A stretch of 64,000 nucleotides of DNA from an uncultured cyanobacterium (lineage in GTDB: Bacteria > Cyanobacteriota > Cyanobacteriia > Cyanobacteriales > Nostocaceae): contig CAVUDP010000002.1 of assembly GCA_963740315.1 (NCBI GenBank), positions 3,584,001 through 3,648,000 of the forward strand, read 5' to 3'. Position 1 is the stretch's first letter. Each line of letters opens with the position of its first letter. The position numbers and the translations under genes were made by a program. Of the stretch, positions 39,784 to 51,300 are shown in pieces. The notes under the pieces were generated by a model. It ran no database searches, was not told the DNA's origin, and worked only from the letters and a program-made list of their open reading frames with translations.

Positions 39784-40944
39784 ATGCTTGCTGTGGCTTT
39801 AAAATATGCTTTGGTGCATGAGTGGCTTACACCCGACGCAACAGGTGGTTCGGAGCTCGTGGTACGAGATATTTTGGATCGTGTTGATGCTGATTTGTAT
39901 GCTCTGATTGATTTTGAATCTAGTAATCCAAAAAGTTATTTATATAAACGTCAAATTGGTACAACGTTTTTACAGTATTTACCCTTAGCAAAAAGCGGTG
40001 TTCAAAAATACTTGCCATTACTGCCATTGGCTATTGAACAACTGGATTTACGCCAATATGATGTGATTCTTTCTTCATCGCACGCAGTTGCCAAAGGGGT
40101 TTTAACGACTCCCGATCAACTGCATATTTGTTACTGCCACAGTCCCATGCGCTACGCTTGGGATTTAACTTTTGATTATCTCCGAGAAAGCAAACTGGGA
40201 ACGGGTATGGCTGGATGGGCAACGCGCTATTTACTGCATCGTTTGCGGCAGTGGGATGTTTTGAGCGCTAATCGAGTTGATTACTTTATTGCTAATTCTG
40301 CACATACCGCACGTAGAATTTGGCGATGTTACAGAAGAGACGCTGAAGTTATATATCCACCAGTAAATACCGATGGGTTTCCTTTTTTATCCCAGAAAGA
40401 AGATTTTTACCTAACGGTTTCCCGGTTGGTGAGCTATAAACAAGTAACTTTAATTGTCAAAGCTTTTAATCAACTTAAAAAACCTTTGGTAATAATTGGT
40501 ACCGGAACTGATATGGATAAAATCCTTAAAATAGCCAATCCTAACATAAAAATACTAGGATGGCAGCCCGACGATATGGTAAAAAAATATATGGCTAATG
40601 CCCGAGGTTTTGTCTATGCTGCTTGTGAAGATTTTGGTATTGCCTTAGTTGAAGCACAAGCTTGCGGTACTCCGGCGATCGCCTATGGTGCTGGTGGCGC
40701 TCTGGAAACGGTGCGAGATATTCGTCAACACGGTGATACGGGAACGGGTATATTTTTCCAAGAGCAAACAGAAGCATCTTTGATCGAAGCGGTGGAAACT
40801 TTTGAAGCTAACAGAGAAAAATTTAATCCTGAATATGCTAAGAAACACGCGGCTCAATTTTCTAAACAAATGTTTGCTTCTCGGTATCTCGACTTTCTAC
40901 ATAAGTGCGAAGAAAAAAGCAAGAAAAGGAAAGTGTATACTTGA
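39784..40944 (+). CDS. Glycosyltransferase family 4
   Basis: HEWL..TGGSE, SRLVSYK and EDFGIALVEAQACG motifs. Confidence 0.92.
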   Translation: MLAVALKYALVHEWLTPDATGGSELVVRDILDRVDADLYALIDFESSNPKSYLYKRQIGTTFLQYLPLAKSGVQKYLPLLPLAIEQLDLRQYDVILSSSHAVAKGVLTTPDQLHICYCHSPMRYAWDLTFDYLRESKLGTGMAGWATRYLLHRLRQWDVLSANRVDYFIANSAHTARRIWRCYRRDAEVIYPPVNTDGFPFLSQKEDFYLTVSRLVSYKQVTLIVKAFNQLKKPLVIIGTGTDMDKILKIANPNIKILGWQPDDMVKKYMANARGFVYAACEDFGIALVEAQACGTPAIAYGAGGALETVRDIRQHGDTGTGIFFQEQTEASLIEAVETFEANREKFNPEYAKKHAAQFSKQMFASRYLDFLHKCEEKSKKRKVYT

Positions 40945-41053
40945 TTCTTCTGTCTAGGTATTGAGACGATAAACTAAATTTGCTTCCCAAGTACTTTTAC
41001 AAGCTCCATAAGCTTTAAGATTGGGACTATGTGTGGTGTGGATTGAAAGGAGT

Positions 41054-41788
41054 ATGATGACGGCACAGACATCACTCCTCTCCGGTAAGATTGCGCGTAC
41101 TTTCTTTAAACGCAGTCACCAAAAAAAGAAGCCAAAATTGAAACCCCTTGGTTTTTATTCTGAAGCTTTAAACGGAGAGAAAGCTAAGCGATTGTTCGAT
41201 ATAATATTTTCCCTGTTAGTACTAATTCTGTTTTCTCCTGTTTATTTAATTTTGGCTTTGCTGGTTGCTTTAAGCTCGGATGGACCTATTTTTTACGTTC
41301 AGGAACGAGTTGGTAAAAATTACAAGCGATTTAGTTGTATTAAATTTCGCACAATGGTGACTAATGCCGATGAAATTTTGATACAGATGATGGAAACATC
41401 GCCGCAGTTTCAACAAGAATGGAAGAGCAATTTTAAACTGAAAAAAGACCCTAGAATTACTACAATCGGTAAGTTTCTACGAATTACCAGTTTGGATGAA
41501 TTCCCTCAGTTTTGGAATGTTCTTAAAGGTGATATGAGTGTTGTTGGACCTCGACCTTTAGTAGCAGAGGAATTACCAAAATATGGATGTCATATTAATG
41601 AGATTTTAACTATCAGACCTGGAATTACTGGGTTGTGGCAAGTCTCTGGGCGCAATGATATTCCTTATCCTAGAAGAGTTCAAATAGATTTGTACTATGT
41701 AAAATTTAGAAGTTTTTGGTTAGATTTATGGATTGTTTTAAAAACGATTGCTGTTGTAGTTATACCGAAAGATAGCGGAGCTTATTAA
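41054..41788 (+). CDS. Bacterial sugar transferase (undecaprenyl-phosphate priming type)
   Basis: KRLFD, KFRTM, DPRIT, SLDEFPQ, GPRP, PGITGLWQ; AAGGAG RBS. Confidence 0.93.
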   Translation: MMTAQTSLLSGKIARTFFKRSHQKKKPKLKPLGFYSEALNGEKAKRLFDIIFSLLVLILFSPVYLILALLVALSSDGPIFYVQERVGKNYKRFSCIKFRTMVTNADEILIQMMETSPQFQQEWKSNFKLKKDPRITTIGKFLRITSLDEFPQFWNVLKGDMSVVGPRPLVAEELPKYGCHINEILTIRPGITGLWQVSGRNDIPYPRRVQIDLYYVKFRSFWLDLWIVLKTIAVVVIPKDSGAY

Positions 41789-41809
41789 ATAAGAGCTATT
41801 TTCCCTAGA

Positions 41810-41829
41810 GGGGCAGCTTGATTGCCCCC
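41810..41829 (+). terminator. Probable terminator hairpin
   Basis: GGGGCA..TGCCCC just after the stop codon, followed by AT-rich sequence. Confidence 0.5.
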
Positions 41830-42523
41830 ATTAAATTTTATTTGCTATTTTTTTTATTAAAATAAAGATTTACGCTCTACAAAAACTGATAATTTTCTGT
41901 ATTCTTGACACAGAAGATTAATTTAAAGGTTAATTCTATCATAACGGAAATAAATGCAATTCATCTTATTTCAGCGATACATTAACAAAAAATACACCGG
42001 ATTTTTATTTAATTAAATATAATACTAATCTTCGTTTTTCTTTGTATCTATTTTATATAATTATAACTCAAATTTAGATTCGATTGGAGAAATACTTTTT
42101 TTGAACGTTTATTTATTATTTAATTGTATTTTGGTTAACAAATATTAATTGCTTCTCGATAAATTTTGAATAACGCAGTAAAGCAAACTTAATATTCTCA
42201 TAAAATATAGAATTACTGGATACATTTTCGGTATCATCATCCGTTTAAAATTATTTATTAAAAATTAATTTAAACTTTATGTAACGACAAAATAAATAAA
42301 GTATTTATGAAGATGAAAAAAAATATACTGGATATATAGTTAATTTTTAGTTACTGTTTGAAGGGCTTACCTTGTAAAGATATTAAACAGTATATTTACT
42401 TAGGTGAACGGGATATTACTTAAACAAAACTCGTAAGTTTCCCATTGGGCAAGTAAGTGTATTCCTGTTAGCTTATATCCGGGCTACCTGTATTAATTAG
42501 ATTAAATATATAAGGAATAAAGA

Positions 42524-43603
42524 ATGACCCAACAAAAGCGAGCGTTGATTACTGGTATTACCGGACAAGATGGTTCTTATTTAACTGAGTATTTATTAGA
42601 ACAGGGTTATGAAGTACACGGTATTATTCGCCGTACTTCCACCTTCAATACAGACCGTATCGACCATATTTATGAAGATCCTCACAGAGAAGGAGTAAAG
42701 TTATTTCTTCATTATGGTGACTTGACTGATGGTACGACGCTACGCCGCATTCTCGAAGATGTCAAGCCTGTAGAAATCTACAACTTGGGCGCTCAATCCC
42801 ATGTACGGGTAAGCTTTGATTCACCTGAATACACGGTGGATGCTGTCGGAATGGGAACCCTACGTTTACTCGAAGCAATCCGCGACTATCAACAACGTAC
42901 TGGTATTGAAGTACGCTTCTATCAAGCTGGTTCTTCAGAAATGTACGGTTTGGTGCAAGCAGTACCGCAAAAAGAAGACACCCCATTTTATCCACGTAGC
43001 CCTTATGCTTGTGCCAAGGTTTACAGTCATTGGCAAACTATTAACTACCGCGAATCTTACAATATGTTCGCGTGTAACGGTATTTTGTTTAACCACGAAT
43101 CACCGCGTCGGGGTGAAACCTTCGTAACTCGCAAAATTACCAGAGCGGTTGCTCAGATTGTCGCTGGTAAGCAGAAGAAAATTTATATGGGTAATCTAGA
43201 CTCCAAGAGAGATTGGGGTTATGCAAAAGATTACGTTAAGGCAATGTGGTTGATGTTGCAGCAAGAACAGCCTGACGATTATGTAATTGCCACAAACGAA
43301 ACCCATTCTGTACGCGAGTTTCTGGACTTAGCATTTAAATATGTAAATCTTGATTGGCAAGAATATGTAGAGTTTGACAAGCGTTATTTACGTCCTGCGG
43401 AAGTAGACTTGTTGATTGGAGATTCGACTAAAGCTCGAACCAAGTTGGGTTGGACTCCATCGGTAACATTTGAACAACTCGTGGCTTTAATGGTAGAAGC
43501 AGATTTACAAGCTTTGGGTTTAACTTCTCCTGGTGACAATGTAGGCGAGGTAATTAAAGATAATGCGATGATTCGTCAAGAATTGGGCGCACTACATATG
43601 TAA
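42524..43603 (+). CDS. gmd: GDP-mannose 4,6-dehydratase
   Basis: [33 protein letters not shown] and RDWG motifs. Confidence 0.97.
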   Translation: MTQQKRALITGITGQDGSYLTEYLLEQGYEVHGIIRRTSTFNTDRIDHIYEDPHREGVKLFLHYGDLTDGTTLRRILEDVKPVEIYNLGAQSHVRVSFDSPEYTVDAVGMGTLRLLEAIRDYQQRTGIEVRFYQAGSSEMYGLVQAVPQKEDTPFYPRSPYACAKVYSHWQTINYRESYNMFACNGILFNHESPRRGETFVTRKITRAVAQIVAGKQKKIYMGNLDSKRDWGYAKDYVKAMWLMLQQEQPDDYVIATNETHSVREFLDLAFKYVNLDWQEYVEFDKRYLRPAEVDLLIGDSTKARTKLGWTPSVTFEQLVALMVEADLQALGLTSPGDNVGEVIKDNAMIRQELGALHM

Positions 43604-43759
43604 TTTTACGCAGGCAGCTAAATCTCTTGTTAAATTAAAGCTGATAAAACGATTGTCATTCGCGATTTGCAATTCTTAATTCGTAATTAACAAAGCGAAT
43701 TAGTAATTGCGAATTGGTTTGACGGCACGAGTTAATACTGATGAGGACGAAAAGAAAAT

Positions 43760-44716
43760 ATGAACGCCTTAGATTTAAAAAATAAAAGAATTTTAGTTAC
43801 TGGTGGCGCAGGTTTTTTAGGTCGTCAAGTAGTAGAGCAACTGATTATTGCAGGGGCAGACAGCGATAAAATTACAGTACCGCGATCGCGAGATTACGAT
43901 TTGTGCGTGATGGAAAACTGCAAGCGTGCGGTAGATGGGCAGAACATTGTAGTTCACTTAGCCGCGCACGTTGGCGGTATCGGTTTGAACCAGGAAAAAC
44001 CCGCAGAATTGTTCTACGACAACTTGATGATGGGAACCCAGTTAATTCACGCTGCTTATCAAGCTGGAGTAGAAAAATTTACTTGTGTCGGCACTATCTG
44101 CGCTTATCCCAAGTTTACTCCGGTACCATTTAAGGAAGATGACATCTGGGATGGTTATCCAGAGGAAACCAATGCACCTTACGGTATTGCTAAAAAAGCT
44201 TTATTAGTTCAGCTACAGGCTTACCGTCAGCAGTACGGTTTTGACGGAATATATTTACTACCAGTAAACTTATATGGTCCTGAAGATAACTTCAATCCTA
44301 AAAGTTCTCACGTTATCCCGGCATTAATTCGTAAAGTTCAAGAAGCCCAGGATAGAGGAGACAAAGAGATTCCCGTTTGGGGTGATGGAAGTCCTACCCG
44401 CGAATTTTTGTATTCTGAAGATGCAGCGCGGGGTATTGTGATGGGTACTCAATCTTACAATGGCTCGGAGCCAGTTAATTTAGGAACTGGTTACGAAATT
44501 TCTATTCGCGATTTAATTACTACAATTTGCGAAGTGATGGAATTTAACGGTGAAATAGTTTGGCAAACCGACAAGCCAAACGGACAACCCCGTCGCTGTT
44601 TGGATACCGAAAGAGCTAAGAAAGAATTTGGCTTCACCGCTCAAGTCGGCTTCAAAGAAGGTTTGAAAAATACTGTTAAATGGTGGCGTGAAAATGCTGC
44701 TGTACCTGTAGCGTAG
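43760..44716 (+). CDS. fcl: GDP-L-fucose synthase
   Basis: GGAGFLG, AAHVGGI, CAYPK, YGIAK, NLYGP and [10 protein letters not shown] motifs. Confidence 0.95.
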   Translation: MNALDLKNKRILVTGGAGFLGRQVVEQLIIAGADSDKITVPRSRDYDLCVMENCKRAVDGQNIVVHLAAHVGGIGLNQEKPAELFYDNLMMGTQLIHAAYQAGVEKFTCVGTICAYPKFTPVPFKEDDIWDGYPEETNAPYGIAKKALLVQLQAYRQQYGFDGIYLLPVNLYGPEDNFNPKSSHVIPALIRKVQEAQDRGDKEIPVWGDGSPTREFLYSEDAARGIVMGTQSYNGSEPVNLGTGYEISIRDLITTICEVMEFNGEIVWQTDKPNGQPRRCLDTERAKKEFGFTAQVGFKEGLKNTVKWWRENAAVPVA

Positions 44717-44735
44717 ATATAAACCTATTATTGAT

Positions 44736-44872
44736 GTAGAGACGTAGCAGTGCTACGTCTCTTTGTATTGTGGGAAAATTTATAACTATGAATAGGGCTA
44801 ATATCAATTCATTGAATTCTCGTTACAAATCAAAACACACGGAGACGTTGCACTGTGCACGCCGTCTCTACA
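44736..44872. repeat. REP-like palindrome doublet (GTAGAGACG..CGTCTCTAC family)
   Basis: GTAGAGACGTAGCAGTGCTACGTCTCT at 44736 and degenerate GGAGACGTTGCAC..GTCTCTACA at 44841. Confidence 0.8.
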
Positions 44873-45006
44873 TAATTTATATGTATTGCCACAAAATAAA
44901 ATAATTTATAATCTTCCCCTTGATAAATCCACATAGATTGGGTATTCCCTGCTTTGTAAAAACCACATTTATGATAGAAATCAACAGTTTCAGCTTCTGC
45001 AACTAA

Positions 45007-45921
45007 GAGGATGTTTTAAAAGCTAAAAACGGCTAAAAAAACTATGCAAGCCGCCTAACCATTATCCGAATCATAGCGATGTATATAAAAGTTTCAGAAG
45101 TACTGGGTAATCTTTCATAATATGCCACTCAAACGACGACACCAATTGAGCCAACAATACGGTTCTTTCTACAACCCAACGTTTTGGTAGAATAACGAAA
45201 CCCTTCTTTTCTAATGGTCTGAGTACAATTTCAACAATCTACCGAAACGTATCCATCACCCAGCGCATAAACTCTTCTCCTCGGTATCCTCCATCCATCC
45301 AAATCGTATGCAAGCGATTTATGCGATCGCCACCCATACGCCGGACTTTTTTGAGAACTTTTTTTGCTCCAACACGCTCTGGAACTGAAGCAGACGTAAC
45401 TAAAACCCGCAAAACTAAACCGAGTAAATCTACGCTCAGATGTCGTTTACGCCCATGTACTTGTTTTCCAGCATCATAACCAACTTCTTCAGATATCATG
45501 GTTGCTGTTTCTACAGATTGACTGTCAACTGCGGCTTCTGATGGACTTGGCTCACGTTCGGCAGCTACCCTTACCCACACGCATACGTTTGTCATGTACC
45601 TTTAGCCAAGTGCCGTCTTTCTGCCATCGCCAGAAATATCCGTAAACTGTTGACCATGCCGGGAAATCTCCGGGTAATGCTCGCCATGTACACCCCTGAC
45701 AAAGTACATAAAGAATCGCATTAAGCACAGCATAAATTGATACTTTTCTTGGACGACCGCCTGGTTTTGATTCTGGAAACAGGTCTACAATCAATTCCCA
45801 CTGTTCCCATGTTAAGTTACTAGGATATATTTTATTCATTGCTCGCAAGTACTGATGTCTTCAATTTCAGCTTAAACTTGTGAGCTTTCTTACGATACCC
45901 CCCTACTTTTAAAACATCCTC
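45007..45921 (-). mobile_element. IS5-family (IS1031-like) insertion sequence, 915 bp
   Basis: Perfect 16-bp TIR GAGGATGTTTTAAAAG / CTTTTAAAACATCCTC with a TAA target duplication at 45004-45006 and 45922-45924. Confidence 0.95.
45042..45839 (-). pseudogene. IS5-family transposase with frameshifts and an internal stop
   Basis: YPSNLT..W, GCTWRALP, VDSQSV, GRKRH, MDGGY, RWVVERT; frameshift near 45580, TAG at 45239-45241, further shifts near the 3' end. Confidence 0.9.
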
Positions 45922-46322
45922 TAATATCTGTTGGTGAAAATCTTGATATTTTTGAGTAATTATTTTTAATAAGTTTAAACCGATGCCTTGTTTTTGATAT
46001 TTCGGTAAAACTAACAAATGTGGATAATAAACGACTAAATAACCGTCAGTAATTGAATTTATTAAACCTACTAATTTCTCTTTATCCCAAGCTGATACGA
46101 GTGAATGGGAATTCATCAAAGCATTGTATAATTCTTTCGGTTTCTTCGCTGACGACCATTCGTTAGCTCTATAAAGATTTAAAATATCATCGATAGATAA
46201 ATTGCGCGTTTGTATATATTCGATATCATTTTGATTCATGAATTTGACCAATCTTTGAGTTATAAAAATTAAAATTATAAATTCAGTTACTATATAAAAG
46301 CTTTCTTCAACTCGATCGAATT

Positions 46323-46949
46323 GTGAATCTAAGCGAGCATCTATCGGCAAAAGCAGAATTACGACGCAATATTATCAAACAGCGTCAATCTTTATCAGAT
46401 CAAGAATGGCGGCAAAAAAGTCAAGCTATCTGTACAAATCTTTTAAATTCAAGTTTATTTACCACAGCTAAAACAGTACTTGCTTATTTTAGCTTTCGGC
46501 AAGAACCCGATTTGAGTTATTTGTTTTCGGATTTACGCAGCGAGGAGATCCCCCCAACCCCCCTTAAGGAAGGGGGGCTTTTATTCTCAGATAATACAAA
46601 ATCATGGGGATTTCCTCGCTGCGTTGAGAAATCCCTAGTCTGGCATCTTTGGAAACCTGAAGATAAATTAATCAATGGCAAATACGGGATTAAGGAACCA
46701 ACACCCGATTCACCAATAATTAATCCCCATCAAGTCGATCTAATTTTGGTTCCTTGCGTTGCTTGCGATTATCAAGGCTATCGTTTGGGTTACGGTGGCG
46801 GATATTATGACCGTTTGTTAAGTTCTCCAGAATGGGAATCAATTCCAACAATCGGTATTGTGTTTAATTTTGGTTATTTATCTCAAATTCCTGTAGACGC
46901 TTGGGATAAAAAATTGGATCGGGTTTGCACGGAGAGCTTAAACGGATAA
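46323..46949 (+). CDS. 5-formyltetrahydrofolate cyclo-ligase
   Basis: KAELR, GIKEP, DLILVP, RLGYGGGYYDR and WDKKLD motifs. Confidence 0.93.
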   Translation: MNLSEHLSAKAELRRNIIKQRQSLSDQEWRQKSQAICTNLLNSSLFTTAKTVLAYFSFRQEPDLSYLFSDLRSEEIPPTPLKEGGLLFSDNTKSWGFPRCVEKSLVWHLWKPEDKLINGKYGIKEPTPDSPIINPHQVDLILVPCVACDYQGYRLGYGGGYYDRLLSSPEWESIPTIGIVFNFGYLSQIPVDAWDKKLDRVCTESLNG

Positions 46950-47005
46950 ATATGGATAAAAATGGCGATCGCAATTTATCCGAACATAATCCCGAACATA
47001 ATATC

Positions 47006-47046
47006 ACCCCCACTACTTCCGAATAATTAAGAAGATAGTGGGGGTT
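47006..47046. terminator. Hairpin between convergent genes
   Basis: ACCCCCACTA..TAGTGGGGGT. Confidence 0.6.
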
Positions 47047-47182
47047 TAATTGAGTAAAATATAGGGAATTGGTATAAACCCAATTGTTTTTAGGTTTTGA
47101 TGCCTATTTATTTCTTTAATATAAATTCTATTTTTTTAGCACTAAGGGCAAAAATAAAAGCAACTATCAATTGATAATTGCC

Positions 47183-47884
47183 CTAACAAGCACCAGTTTT
47201 ATTAAGTACTACCCGAATAGTTTTAAATATTAGAAATAAATCGTAAGATATAGACCACTTTCGCTGATAGTCTAAATCCATTTTGACTATATCTTCAAAA
47301 TCTTTGATGCTCGAACGCCCATTAGCCTGCCATTCTCCGGTAATTCCGGGTTTGACTCGCAATCTTTCCCAATGGTGCGGTTGATATTTTACTACTTCAT
47401 CAGGAGTAGGTGGACGAGTTCCAACTAAACTCATTTCTCCTTTAAGTACGTTCCAAAACTGAGGAAATTCATCTAAACTAGTACGGCGCAAAAATTTACC
47501 GATGCGCGTAATACGGGGATCTTCTGTACATTTAAATATATGACCTGTTGCTTCGTTTTTGACTAAATGCTTGAGTAGATCGGCATTAATAATCATCGAG
47601 CGAAATTTCCAGATGCGAAAGGTGTTTCCGTTATAGCCACAGCGAGTCTGGCTGTAAAATATCGGACCGGGATTATCTATTAAAGTTATAATCGCTACCG
47701 GAATCGCGATCGCAGCAGTTATCATCAATCCGATAATTGCCCCTACTATATCGATCGATCTTTTAACGATACTTTTTTGGGAAGGATGAGACTGGTAACT
47801 TACACTCCAAGACTCAGGCGGACTTAGCAAAACTAAGTCTTTTTTCTTAGTACTTTTCGGTGGAGGAGTAATATTTAAAATCAT
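47183..47884 (-). CDS. Bacterial sugar transferase (second copy)
   Basis: KRSID, KFRSM, DPRIT, SLDEFPQ, GTRP and PGITGEWQ motifs. Confidence 0.92.
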   Translation of the reverse strand: MILNITPPPKSTKKKDLVLLSPPESWSVSYQSHPSQKSIVKRSIDIVGAIIGLMITAAIAIPVAIITLIDNPGPIFYSQTRCGYNGNTFRIWKFRSMIINADLLKHLVKNEATGHIFKCTEDPRITRIGKFLRRTSLDEFPQFWNVLKGEMSLVGTRPPTPDEVVKYQPHHWERLRVKPGITGEWQANGRSSIKDFEDIVKMDLDYQRKWSISYDLFLIFKTIRVVLNKTGAC

Positions 47885-48044
47885 TTCTACGGAAAATTAC
47901 ATAATTTAGACTGTTGTAAGTGCTAATATAGACATTTTTTTTGCGTAGGTGTAACTAAAAATCCAAAATTTACACAATCTTCTAACACACTCGACTATTT
48001 TAAAATTTGTATTTTTTTTATAAAAAGTGTAAATATTTATGCAA

Positions 48045-48325
48045 ATGGGGATTGGGGATTGGGCATGGGGAATTGGGGATTGGGGATTGGGGATTGGGCA
48101 TCGGCAAATAAGATTAAGTAGTGCGTTAGCCGCACAGTAAGGTGAACGCGTAGCGTGTCCTCTTAGGACAGCATCTTGCTCGCTGGTCATATAGATAGCG
48201 AGCATCTTGCTCGCACTACTAACTTCTCTCCCCATCTCCCCCGAACCCCATCACCCCATCTCCCCCGAACCCCATCCCCCCATCTCCCCATCACCCCATC
48301 CCCCCATTCCCATCACCCCATCTCA
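48045..48325. repeat. Opposed STRR arrays (TGGGGAT)n / (CCCCATC)n enclosing a REP-like doublet
   Basis: Doublet GTAGTGCG..AGCATCTTGCTCGCT..AGCGAGCATCTTGCTCGCACTAC at 48118-48219. Confidence 0.85.
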
Positions 48326-51300
48326 GCAACTCCAACGGCGAAATTAACGGTATAGGGTTCTTCTAGGGACTGATGGGCGCTGGCTTTGATTGCGTCAAGG
48401 TAATTGCGTAAATGCTGCAATTGTCGCAGGTTGGGGCGATAGGATAGACTTCCTTGTTTATCAAATAATGGCGATGCGCCGATCGCTTTGTAGTTGGAGT
48501 TTTCTACGGAGCTTTGGTTAAGCCACTCCATATCTCGATCGCTCGGTACTAAACCTGGTGGTATTTCACCTTCTAGGAAGGCTAATAAACGTTGCTGACA
48601 GGTGCGGGTGTTGATACCGCGTGCTTCAAATAGTTGGATGACTTCACCGAAGGATAAGGCTTTTTCTGGTATTAGTCGCAGTAATTCGGTAAATAAGAAG
48701 TAGTCGGTGTATTGCTGTCTGGGTATTTCTAATACAAGGGGATGTAGTGGTAACACGCATAATCCGGTTGCGACGCGAGAGCAGGCGGGAGTGCCGTTTT
48801 CACCGAGATATTTTTCTTGAATAATTTTGGCGCTGGGAAGTTTTTGGCGCAACCAACGGCTAATTGCGGTTATGGATGAAACACCACCGCTAAGAATAAT
48901 TTGATTGATGGCTTCTGTAGGTATACCGCGTGCTACTAATAGTTTATTTAGTTCGCGGTTGATACGACGGACAAAGGGCACAAATACCTGGCTTTCTAAG
49001 TCTCGCCGCTGCAATTCCCATCTTTGATCCGCTAGTTCAATGGTAAAAGATTCTTGGTGCTGCAAAATTAATTTGAGCGCGATCGCCGCATCTAATAGTG
49101 CTTTACCCAATGGTGAACTTTCGAGTCTCTGCTGTAAGCGAATGCGTTGACTGATGTCGGGTTCACCAGCACGAGGTAGTTCTAATTGTTCTAAGCCTAA
49201 GCTGGAAAAACGTACTTGTTCTAAGCCGGGAATATTGGGTTTCCAATGTAAGGGGTTATTTTCGTTGTCGCGATCGTCGGATTGGATGCTGCGCGATTTT
49301 CGCCATTTTTCTGGTAGCAGTAATTGAGTAATGATATCTTGTTCCATTGCTTTTCCGCCGCAGGTAAAGCCGTGGAGCATAAATTCATTGTGTGATAAAT
49401 CTTGCAAGTCTTCAGGTAAATCTACCAGTGCCATTTCTGTGGTGCTGGCTCCGATGTTTATGACTAAGGTGTTACCGAGGAGATGACTATCGCTGGTGAC
49501 AACGGGAGGAGTTTTTTCGCTTGAGACTAGTTTGACTATTTCGCCGTTAGCGCCTTCAAGTTCCCCAATTAAGCTGGCTATGGCTTCTTCGACAAAAAAG
49601 ACTTGCTGGGAATGTTCTACTAATTTACTGATGAGTAATGATTCTCGAATATTAAAGCGATATTGTTCCGTCCAGTTGGAAGGGCAAGTACAAATTACAC
49701 CAGCAATGTTATTAATGATGTCGCTAAATTGTTCTTTATGGATACCGATCGCACTGGCGGTTAATCCGAGAGTGGTGCTATTGGAGTCGGATTTTAAAGT
49801 CAATAGCAACTTTGAAAGGGAGCGTAAAATCCATACCAAGGGAACTGTAGAAAATTCGTTGAGTTGCAGTATTGGTTCCCATTTTTGGCGTACTTCGCTG
49901 GAAGTTGTTTGCGAAATGTTTTTGTAAGGAAGGGAAATTTGTAAATACGGTTTTAGATATGTTGAATAGATATTTTGTTCGGCAAGTTTTTCGCTGGTAT
50001 CTTGACTTAAGGAGGTTTTGGGAAGATAAACTTCGGCTGGTAAGCGGAAATTCCAGTTTTGAGGCGCTGATGAGGATTGGTTTTCCTGCGCCCAATAAAT
50101 TGGATGAATTTGTTGGTTAGAACGATTTAATAATGCAGCGGAAATCCCGGTTGTTCCTAAATCTAGTCCTAAATACCAAACTGTATCGCTAGGGTTTAAA
50201 GAAGGAACTTCGGTACTAGTTATTGGCGTATCTTGTGAGGATTCTTCCTCTGGAGTACCAATAGTTTCTTCGGTTTTTGTAAGTGGTTCTAAATCCGCAT
50301 CTAAATTTCGATCTGGTTGGGGAAGATTTGGTTGATTTTTAGAAGTGATGGGAAGGGTAATTTCTTTTAACTGCGGTTTTTCAGTTGTAATAACTGGTGG
50401 CTGCTCAATTGGTTGCTTTGTTTCTGGCGTTGCGATCGCTTCTGTATTTTCTCTTTGAGTTGATTTTTCTTCCTCTTGCTGTTGAATCGCTGGAGCAATT
50501 TCTTTTGATTCTAAATCGGGTGTCGGTGTAACAATTAGGGGCGATGCTTCTTCAAATAAAAGTTCTGTTAGGGAAGTAACTGTATCTTCACTTGCAGCTT
50601 GTATTTTCCGTTTATAGGTTTTAACGGGGTTTTGATTTGATTGGGGTGTATTTTGAGCTAAACCTTTACCACCATTTAACCAAGGATCTCCTACTGGTAC
50701 ATCTTCGGTAGGAAGAGTTTCATCGGTGGATGATGGTGCATATTCAAAAACTACTTCCTGAGAAACAACTTCTTTTTCTGTTTGCGTCTCTTGTGCTGGT
50801 GCAAAATCTGATGTGGCAGGAATTTCGACATCGATCGCTTGAGTTAAAAGTTGTTGGGGAGGCGTTTGGGGATTGGAGGTAGTTGAATTATCGCTATCGA
50901 ATAAGCTAGCGTAAAGTTCATCAACTTCGTCTTCATTGGCGCTTTGTGTCGTATCTGCCGATTTTTTCAACTCAGACAATACTGCCTGCATTTTATCGTC
51001 CGAATCAAAAGCATCAGCTTCTTGAACTATTTCTTCTTCAATTATTTCTTCTTCAATTATTTCTTCTTCGATTATTTCTGATTGTTCCTCTTCTGGGAAT
51101 TCTATTTCTAAGAAACCTTCCTGCTCCAATTCTCGATCTGATTCATTTTCAGTGTCTGCTTCTAGTTGAGAAATAACTGTTTCCAAATCGGATGTAATAG
51201 AAGTATCTTCAGTTTCCTCTTGAGCTTGAGAGAATTCAATATTATCAATAGTTTCGTCGGGGGTAACTTCTAATTTTTCGTTAATATCTTGGTTAAATCC

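Larger units (their letters stand above)
44830..46239 (-). pseudogene. GNAT acetyltransferase interrupted by an IS5-family element
   Basis: N-half MNQNDIEY..LLVLPKYQKQGIG..FHQQI; removing the IS and one TAA gives in-frame LVAEAETVDFYHKCGF.. Confidence 0.9.

Noticed and set aside
45832..46350. 172-aa ORF as an intact gene
   Set aside because: It is the GNAT 5' half reading into the IS end, with a spurious upstream extension
47906..48235. 109-aa ORF
   Set aside because: Composed of STRR and REP-like repeats
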